From the IMG/VR virus record IMGVR_UViG_3300034092_002263: a stretch of 64,000 nt of DNA; one strand, given 5' to 3'. Shown in pieces: positions 23,101-29,100 of the stretch. A program made the position numbers and the translations under genes. The notes beneath the pieces were generated by a model. The model was not told the DNA's origin and made no database searches. It saw only the letters and a program-made list of their open reading frames with translations. This stretch comes from an uncultured virus (IMG/VR IMGVR_UViG_3300034092_002263). Taxonomy: Duplodnaviria; Heunggongvirae; Uroviricota; Caudoviricetes. Positions within the stretch are counted from its first letter, which is position 1, and the number at the start of each line of letters is the position of its first letter.

Positions 23101-23168
23101 AACGCTTTGACTTTAGCGTCTGGCGCTATTTTTATTTTTAGTCTCGACGATCCATCACAAAGAAACAT
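11178..23168 (-). CDS. Giant virion adhesin-like protein (3996 aa) with LamG-like domain, seven dispersed FG-GAP repeats and GATase1/DUF4350-like domains
   Basis: FG-GAP-type motifs FGKSV, LGYSL, FGHDV, LGYSV, FGYSV, FGYDI, FGNAI. LamG-like GVLFSKWD...LSIALTYND. AAGGA SD; directly follows the TMP. Confidence 0.7.
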   Translation of the reverse strand: MFLCDGSSRLKIKIAPDAKVKAFLKKTVQPFVRSRGAGNLSKLNVSVIYSGFKRGSGTNSTPTFGSLFANTVSNFPSFAPKIIKVSGNIKVLSSELLIRRSPTNLPTQLININSPAIISGGWDAIPSSVYDPPDSNNSVLVISRGPQCIWNLKLSRLSTRFELKASLNRPINNFRTRISGSGIVKSKYFEKLHGHFNKINQFDNFTPTQKLFPIQDITVEHNNIFLVNEKIKPVNLFESINEGVCVGNITKNSRIGNIISDDDSTYITPSSIYTKGTFKYKCFVNTPEITPLESFFFFRAAAPTFNYETDQPTLYDITNIKFEDPSGNLIVKYKDFQVRGEANFEDKDQFNYITYVSEPEINYATLNTWKLKYPILGEPSGYTLSFDITGDCFYKPFTEEFAKGFAFEANLNDQFVNTSENDYLAVDGAPLSAQSQDYHIRPTNAIRISAIEIANLGRAEGILRDSELPFFLGVQSTGTWIERVIYPTKVLLNTFDNNIYPTGLNNVWETSPDLDNLTYNNTINDDKHQLELIDRLTNLYTDGNIVSHTAPSGKLQLLYEHQRPFSVKLPRGGDFSFGNTYTNPFKKADIELVYGDDSFFIIEDISLEIVAKKAIGTNDFPIDVVGYSDDKVLFITSDVGGFLQNSITGSGTIPTTSGFGPVYDLGISSESLSDKRSYFSKNIVPNDSGDHYLITQSPLVNSTSFTKYTVPLKIYKDKVELGMSKDYSMSSYFESLYLDIYPIPSGASIASANLIVKYKPGGALPLSTAGFLSREIARRQNRLYPSARKSVDTPYNILNSPLSLIENIPHAYSTSETTLKTNYARRWRGCSGNVFGGPFDPVPFDFAFSNPQLDQPFTIGYYDFNNTHNNYVLSSLEDAPSTVSGLFTANLSSSLVRNLGLRFNNESLFPIAIRDYTSLDWADNSHELYGKILDSFDSAVRISGVNGYLNFGNVPTSSGFAVFLRFSPDYNMSGVDYNLWNSGVLFSKWDEAEELEYALGYKDGYLSAYAKDSNGNLIELQDSISYENYQYPLSIALTYNDNQSRKLRLFTNSEIAAIASGTNILRDESNEFVLSSGNSDLLFGYSSGSGIGINAFISEIGISTHNDTGGGNLVYNANPDSSKQQDNIELFFDTHLAHFCNVNDSHVNDRNKLWQFIDEKTEDWKLGAFKYCSFGVAYDIMKFRNGKDYLYHNFYNDGKTYQDRTNLTLPNSIHLSGISYHSQVENDMLRFSLSGNEDRLYSLPPRLVKNLPRSYIVAEDSLIVNSVVQHECDSTINWPNGKTGAKLIVSLYTPSKESVLFPTKNFGLISRSTHYLNPKDCWNKIESKFKLGDLKDNESEPWAFFDKTITYKEFEENYFVKDINQMFVQYDVIYPSGTYNKSQIKLHSVDIELNGINQSDEINNNLPIYESGKAYQEAPLPLYEVGYVSAFNNQINIYTSGVTYIEQSGIMSLISSGVFNSNVSMPLYTIQVGNASTSNSNFGSLFGNNNPLGMSLFVEGGYDNEEDSIICYVNGLVENTISNSLNLFSYDDVNQPAVDQLNFMLLAGFPLSAFDISTEESIGLYVLGPNRTWEPTSANIALYINSRPKEENINSQFPLYLYHVKPISKRDNELESFKWDGTNFGKEISLLDNQFASVPAIDEIRGVQTICYGNCDTISTIKCQEDQLITHDTLWYDPECVNGGVIRPITVYTNPDVGAFGTNIPYSGHFYGIRKFSNLIPQAPYTITITGKTGTDKILQVPREMTEWEYGTNEDVAYSGIQLTPSVNSSGNKFGKSVTVLDDRVMIGCPYENIFDETNYEINNAGKIYVYRKNPEPSGYDWSNQLDKSNFVLEQEIVLPTGWRRDYFYKRNISFRDRYGNLLPYTGIGTNWIVGQEGRQLGYSLDSARRNNTDVLIAGGPGAEWSRTFAPIQTTPVTIGLFVFNNELVSDPDNANWRQILDQLSDRDLVYRYFCDPSVKFDIKVILCEPMLGSNIGIGETSKDFLEPKPPFVSKYLTHRHFSYNVNTPEYQEREDVILQELKDIFHEVFPLTSGAIHSGIPPLLGIYIDNSRSLGSKSLGYNIPFRKGALDKFIDYYKDYSKNNGLMDFDGDPAEGFVNVTVDVDENWIAQSINCLLDLTDIETLQENNVQKLIANNLGSFNENAGEFNYPPPSGGSVYIFERENNGQFKVVQEIKSPVSYTNDTSDRFGHDVAISDDGKVIAIGSPYSPHSVQVFEYNENFNNQLLNSLYFITSFLQPRYYEEINNATFGESYDLYSEYLEKLPITESIANLNLETYNKFSEGLRFAYFKFLENLQIKRYNLIYEMGVPIGFDAWSDLWANYIPTPRLGYSVDINSDGSLIAIGSPTDSLGERDYTQTWFRYDIKSGQETAFGGEPWQWQNYTNAGAIRLLESRNYYPHNKKVVEYYKFGNLHELLSPPQDSGLFSFTMNNLYNSMGYTFSRTSFAEGLKIPEDVGLAFIITPAINAASDEIIDNIRDWLSLGDRHLVLVGNDPKWEANGAYFNSNNIINYILEELDVNMRIYAARNQYEALMQNTNTFYNVQNSFVPAKSTPAIAYPVPLRGSGVGDIRLYDTNISDLYICDKPPSGSSDPFSFDFERKRTYRELHDKCEMPIVHEGDLRSKYIDQCEIMTPRGPAWISYERNFGFQYGTHNIVDWGCEGEERGKNPNFNTKSEPVPILSAYEAIPKTIIVPGSPPTEELRSKLVGYDSSTSVRTTFGNAAYSGVAFIWSNDDSNYTELNYNINNTVSNSLFFDPSEYNGNDAVLQARSTISNQSATKLINIKPNVCMIASEQYSTTSKIVLIAATMYESRNILLSSAGDRNINLYFNLLATDADGNAKVAQVGGFTNRTSYTDGYNKSDIQAQLTNVGIDMGDLNVLTQDLYDISKGYTAAWIANTDNMPSSEDIQNIKRFLDMGNKTLIITYGQEPSLGDEISNNTTYTYNLDSSSMTSTISAYNVRSANVAKYICEQLGLSMSPLFLEGKNKYADRSDIRTDNIGQLTSSLSIAANTYLYDGLDENSSFASSNSYVGYGDGAVTVPYSDRPPYPVPNGFTHEFVPINNNNAINLAFFDAPVTDTEQFSIGVPKFNTGITKVSFTVPEKLEEHDDYNLFKLRFNILKESSLEISPINLVVGNCLASEFVNTSVLNQPIGPVGRNILLVDTDENNNVKQTYVSAGYTKELYDSLDLYVQIPSGQETLDMYFTHSASYPLQQNPKQLRTVRLLSVSGVRIPSNTIISTARWPIYETEVVTIPGTPDTSYTQLFNREISTDSSKYCISNNRICSNDPPEGYGTPGVDIADGPVVMAQTVYHQGGYFNGYNKSRITVISDPSLIQGRTILSEGGNTINPNLAWFLASLYPNTNFNTTRSGRQYETAFKIISPERSSPSRLVNAYPENSGLNYRFGQFTSNSLPATKYSDLEGKIEIAGKKPPQPTDPMLSLFNSDIGHFRIEIIPPPAYSEEYKAALRQAWYIDNFNAVEQHYGSTSKIQDTYNGTLYRDAGIYSRIPPILRAIGKDHLDLDVFYSGYPGDLFGYSVKIHKDKVYVGAPFSPYNTEEITPWSTIIASGMQYGKEVGFNGGAGAVYLIEKVGNVGSGLGSVNLSKQKTTGIPWTVTRKFRPEEISVGFSGLTTSNSSTVIGNNNYSNDELKNLAFVSDMFGYDIALNGDILAISAPCHRFENYSEDTLAPFIRKEFNEQFDIQQRIIHDLAIPSEREQYGASGTVVFNHGAVFTYENKINNWGSKTQEWTPIHKLVAQGPYARIQNSGENTFFGNAIAIDRARRVDGDYILAVGAMNHPFSTSGNVFDNIGSTYAFDGMLRSLRPAFSHPDTFIAGRVYGEYQKPSDYTTFTFKNDNNFDQKVLFNGIVLSNINGEIFIEASGQDKVPRGYVVHRPYIEHIRGSFLHGTPVYEDINLFVDGAPPFVSGSLSLVNYGPESNNVYNMMDLYTFNLLQSSGNMPLIASGLASPSGVMELYSSGIAKTDTILQLRTRGSL
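11338..11345 (-). promoter_or_regulatory. Possible internal late promoter GTGTATAA about 160 nt upstream of the 575-aa gene
   Basis: Exact motif match inside the 3' end of the giant gene; could be chance. Confidence 0.3.
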
Positions 23169-23177
23169 ATTTATTCC

Positions 23178-26100
23178 TTATCGACCAACTGTTGATGAAG
23201 ACTTGCTTAAAGTACCACCTTGTCCAACTTTATATTTACTGATTTCTTTAGTTACAGCCTCAATGATTTGATTATTAGCATAATCTTTGATTGCCTTAAA
23301 TATTCCACCGTCCATTAGGTTGACAGTAACAGTAACCGGCGCTAATGTGATATTTAAACCTAATGAACTTAATCTATCTATATTAGCTTGAAATGCACCC
23401 AAAAACGTTGTCAAAGATTGAGAAAAATTGCTTAATGCGGCTAAATCTATTGGTGGTTGTGCATTACCATTTGCAGGCGTAGTATTAGTCGCTATAGTAG
23501 ATAATACACTTTGTAGACCACCAATAGCACTAATAATACCATCTGAATTAAATGTTGGCATCATTTGTTGTGGACTAGCTCCAGAACTACTAGTATTTTG
23601 TGGTACTTGTGGGACATTGGCTACTGGTGGCGCAGGGGTTGTAGCGACGTTTGCTGGTGGAGTAGTACCAGTTTGAGATGGTGGAGTATAATTAGTATTT
23701 GCGGCTAATCTTGCTTGGAGCGCTGGGTTTCCAGAAAAATTTGCAACCGTCGCAGAAAGTGGAGAACTTGGTGGAGGTTTAGAAGCTTGTGCTTCTGGTT
23801 GAGCTTGAGCTTTTGGTTCTGGTGGCGGCGCGGCAGACTGATCGGCTTTTGGCGCTTCAGCACCTTCTGCGGCTTTACCAGCCTCGCCAGTTCTTTCTTT
23901 AACGTTTTGTACGGCTGCTTCCATTTGTTTCTTTGCTGCTTCTTCCAAAGCCCTAGCAGCATCTAGTTGCAGCTTTGCTGCTAATTCTTGATTTTGTGCC
24001 GCTGGAACTAATTGTGCTGCTAAACCTCTAGCCTCTTCTTGAATTGCTTTTTCTTCAGCGGTTGTGCCTGCGGCAACTTCTGCCATACCCTTGAGATCAC
24101 CAGACATTCCAGTATTAGCCAAACCTGCTGCATAAGCGTTTTCTGTAACTTGATCTATATTTTGACCAAACACTTCTCTTACGCCAGCTTCTTTTTGTGC
24201 TTGTAATTGTTTTGTAGCCTCTCCAAAAGCTGTAAAACCAAATTGACTAGTTAATCTTGGGTCACCAACCGCTGCTGCTGCGGCTGCTCCAGCGCCAGCT
24301 TGTTTGTTTAAAAACTCTTCTATATTTCCACTAAGTAAAGAATCAATAGCGTCTTTTTCAGCTTTGTTTTTAGCCTTCACAAGTTTTAGTTCTTGACGTT
24401 TAACATCAATTAATGCTCTAATGGTTTCTTGTTCTTTAGCTGCGAGGTCTGCTAGTCTTTGTTCTTGAGCTTCAAATTCTGGATTAATTTGTTGTTGAGC
24501 GCCCCTGTCGCCACTTGCTGCCGACTTTCTAACAGCACCAAGTTCTTCCATTTTTGCTCTAGTTTCTGCACTTCTTTGAGCAAATTCAGCAGCACTGCCT
24601 GTCTGTAGACCACTAACACCGACTTGTGCTGAATCAAGATTTGCTTTATCCAATATTGCTTGTTTTTGCATTTCTGGAGTGACTGCCGCCCCTCCAAATT
24701 CTTCCATAATTTTAGCAGCTTCCATCTGAACATCAATAGTTTTCTTTTGAGCTTCAATGTATTTATTTTCAAGATCTATTCTTTGTTTTTGTATTTTGAA
24801 TAATTGTTCTTCAGATTCTTTAACCTTTTGTAAGGCTGGAAGAACTTGAGATAATGTCTGTTCTCCAAGTTCTCCAAGAGCGTTCTGTAGTGGAGCAAAG
24901 TTACCATCAACAATTTTTTGCATATCATCTGGACTAAGGTTTCCACCTTCTATTGCTTTTTTAATTCTCTCTTTAACTTCTGGCGCAAAATCTTTTAGTT
25001 GATTAACAACTGCCTCTCCTAAAGCTTCACGTTTTTCATCTGCCGTGCCAGTACCACGGGCAACACCTCTCTCAAAATCTGCTTTTAATTTTGCTTTTGC
25101 TTCTTCACTCGCTTGAGCGAAGAATTTTTGAGCTTGATTAACTGCGCCTAGATTTTCTTCAAATTTCTTTATTTGTGCTGGATCGCCACCAAGTTTACTT
25201 AGTTGTCCAGAAGCTTCTTGAACAGCGCTGTTCCAATCAGTATCAGAAATACCTTGGGCAGCATTTGTAATACCAGCTTCTAGTGTAGATATTGTTTGTC
25301 CAAGTCTTGATGTACTACCATCTTGTGCTTCAATAAGATTATTAATTCCAACAGAGGCGGCGGAAGCTGCGGCATTTACATTATTAAATCCTAAGTTCAT
25401 AGCATTAAAAGCTTCTCTTGTTCTTTGAGCTTCTTTAGCTAAATTATTAAATTCCTTCTCCATTCTTTGTAATTCGCTGTCTCTACCTTTCGCCTTGGCT
25501 TCTTCTTGTTCTCTTTCTAATGTTGCAACGACATTAGTTCCTTGTTCTGCATCTCTTTGCTTTAAGAGATTAAGGACATCTTGAAAAGATCCGCCGGAAT
25601 TAGCTGTTTGTCTTTGGACTAAACCTATTCCGGGTTTTGCGCTAGCAAGAACAGTTTTATCTAATTCTTTATTTGCTTTTTGTAATTCTTCTTGTTTTTC
25701 TACTCTTTGTTTTTTGACATCTGCATTAGAATCGACAAATCCAAAACTTAGCCAAGCTAATGCTTCCCTCATATAACTAAATGTATCTTCTGCTAATTCT
25801 TTTTGTAAAGCGCTTAAAGCTTCTTCGTTTGCCATTCTTGCTTCAACAGCCGCTAATTGTGCAGAAGAAGCAGCATTCAAAACATCAATAGCAGAAGCGG
25901 TGCCATTTCTAAATTCTTCCATTTTTTGTGAAGTAGCATCCTGTGCATCTTGGAATTTTTCAGTTGCTTTATTTGTTAAAGACATAGCCTTGGCGTGTTT
26001 AATTATTATGTCGCCATCTACTTCTAAGCTAGCCGTCATTGCGCCAACACCAGCACCAATGATTGCCCCCGCCGCAGCGCCAATAGTAGTTCCAATGACA

Positions 26101-29100
26101 GGAACAATAGACCCAACAGCAAGACCAATAGCAGCACCAGAAGCAGCACCAAGACCAACATTACCTAGTTCATCTCCAGTTGGTCTAATCATTCTTTCTC
26201 TAGCACCAACCTCTTCTTCGGCTTTTAACACAGCCGTATTAACATCTCCCTCTTTTATAGCTTTTTCTTTTTGCGCTTTAGCAGCTTCAGCAATAGAAGA
26301 TTGCCATAATGCAAATGCTCCTATAGCGCCAAGAACTGCGGCAGCTAATAATACAAAAGGATTAGCTAGTACTGCTGCTAAATTAGCAGATGTTTCGGCA
26401 ACTTCTGAAGCAGTATTTGCTGTATTAGCTCCAGTTTCTGCGCCCTCTGTTATAGTATTTGCGGTATTGGCTGCTGCATTAACTTTAGCAGCAGAACTCA
26501 TTAATCCTACATTAACTAGCAATCCTTTAAAACCATCAGCAATACTTCCAAATGGTATTTGACTTAGAAAATAACCTACGGTAGAAACCTGTAATCCTAA
26601 TTCTGAAAAATTTTTCTTTAAATAATCCATTGATGTAGAATTTTCATCAATTGTTGGAGCAAGCATTGCTAATGCAGAAGTGACTGCACCAAATGCGGCA
26701 AAAGCGGCCATACCATCTCCACCGCCTCTTCTTGGAGTTCCACCACCACCGCCAGCATCAGATGCTCTATTAGATGGAAGTGGAGAACTTGCCCCCGCCT
26801 GAACAGTATTGCGTAAATCTGATCTGGCAGAACTTTCTCTCCTATTAGTTTGAATTTGACGCTCCATTCTGTAGCGACGAGCTTCTACTGGATCAGTAGC
26901 CGCCATTCTACTAGCAGTGTATTCTAGATTTTCATTTGTTCGTCTTTTATATCCAGCAGATAGAACATTTGCTTTGTCACTACCTTTATAAAATCCAGCT
27001 TCTTGTAAAGCAGCTTTTTTGGCTTTAGCGGCAGCGGTTTTATTACTAACAACACCACCTGTTCGTACATCAATTTGAGAAGCGGTTTTACCGCTCATAA
27101 TATTTTGCGTGGCTGATTTTTTAGCGGCATTATATTGTTCTGTAATAGCTTGTTTTAATTTTTTACGTTCTGCATCTATTTGTGAAACAGATGTAATACC
27201 TCTTTGAGCTAATCTAGCAGAAGAAGATTCATATTGATATTGTTTAACATATAGGTCTTTTATATTTTGTTTGGCGTTATAAATTTCTTGATCTATATTT
27301 CTATCAACTTCACCGCCGGATGAAGCTGGAGATTTTTTAACATCTTTACTAGCTTTTGCTGATTCTTGTTTTACTTTAGTATCTTCTAACAAAGCTCTTC
27401 CATAAGCTTCTAATCTTTCTTCAACAATTAGGTGTTGTGCAGTATTCCCATCTAAAGACGAAATATATTGACTAATTTCATCAATAATACCAAATTGAGT
27501 TAATGATCCAAGTTTATTAGCAGCGGCGTTGTCTTTAAGAGCCGTAATAAGTGGACCTCCACTAAAACCTATAACACCTTTAATTTGTTGACTTAAAGAA
27601 GCGTAGCCAGAACTTAATTCTTGATTAAATCCAGCAAAATTAGCTATACGTGAAGATAAATTTTTGGTAACTTTATCAAGAACTTTGAAAGTTGTGGATA
27701 CACCAGTGAATATACTGGGATCAAAATCCACAAACCCCTCACTACCAGATCCTAAAAATTGTGGCGGTTTACTTTTACCACCCTTGGCAAATCTTTGAAT
27801 ACCAACTATGCCACCCTTTGCATATTTACCAACTTTATTCATACGGTTAAGAGAACCGTAACCAATATTTTGAGCAGATTTTTTGTTAATTACGAACTCA
27901 CCGGGAGTCAACAATGCCGGAACAGTATCTGTGCCGACACTTCCACCAGTAGCAAATCGTTTTACTGCTCTATCAGCCCTTGGACCCTTTGATCTCATTG
28001 AATCAAGTGCTGGTTGTTTGCTTGCGCCCTGAGTAAATATCATGTTTGCGGTTGGTATACCAAACAATCCACCAAGGTATTCAGCAGCGCCCTTAACTCT
28101 TTTAGATTTGCTGATAATGCTAATTTTGCGAGGATCTATTTGACCCGACTTAATTATAGCTTGTAGTTCTTTACCAAATTGAGTTAATGGAGAAGATTTC
28201 AAATCTTGTAATCTTTTTGCTTCATCTCTAAAATATGTTTGTAGAACAGATTGTTTTGCTTCTGGAGTTTTTGCTTTGGCATATGCTAAATCACCAACTG
28301 TTCGTTTTAGAGTACGATCAATATCTACAGCGCCGCCGCCAGACTTTATTAACGCTTGAATAGCAGAACTTGGGTTTGGCAATATAGAACCAGATGCTTG
28401 TAATATATCATCAACCATTGGGGCTGTTGCCAAACCACCGGCAGCAAATTTTTGTAATGTAACACCTTCTAATTTTCCTTTATTAATATCGTTTACAATT
28501 TTGTTTTTGATAGAATCAATTGCATCTTTAGTATTAGTTCTTTTTGCGTCTGCTTTTACTAAGTTATTAATTCCCTCACCGCTAGAATTAGCAAACATTG
28601 CTGCTAGTGAAGTTTTTGAAGAAGCAATAGACGATGAAGGAAAATCAAAATTAGATTGACCTCCAGATAAAGCTGCTCCAGTTATAGCTTGTATTAAGCC
28701 TTCAAAAATAAATCCTTCTGTTGTTTTTTTTGCGTTTGGGTCATTGGATATTTTAGACGCGCCAGACTTGGCTCTAGCGTTATCAATATTAATTATTGGA
28801 TTATTTAATCGTTCTATTGCAGGTTGAGTAGATTTTAATACAGCGTCATATAATGCTGATTTTGTATTAGAAGATACTATTTGAGATATAGAAGATGTTT
28901 CAAGATCGTCTCTACCGGGAAAATAACTAGAAATTGAACCAGAAATGTTTACTGGTTGTTTATCTACTTGAACTGCTCCACGCTTTACGGCATTAGATAT
29001 TCTTTTCTCAGTATTTGGGTCTGACAATGCTTCTGATACATCTGTTCCTAGTCCTAATTTTTTTCTTTTATTAATTGTACCATTTTTATTAAAGATATTT

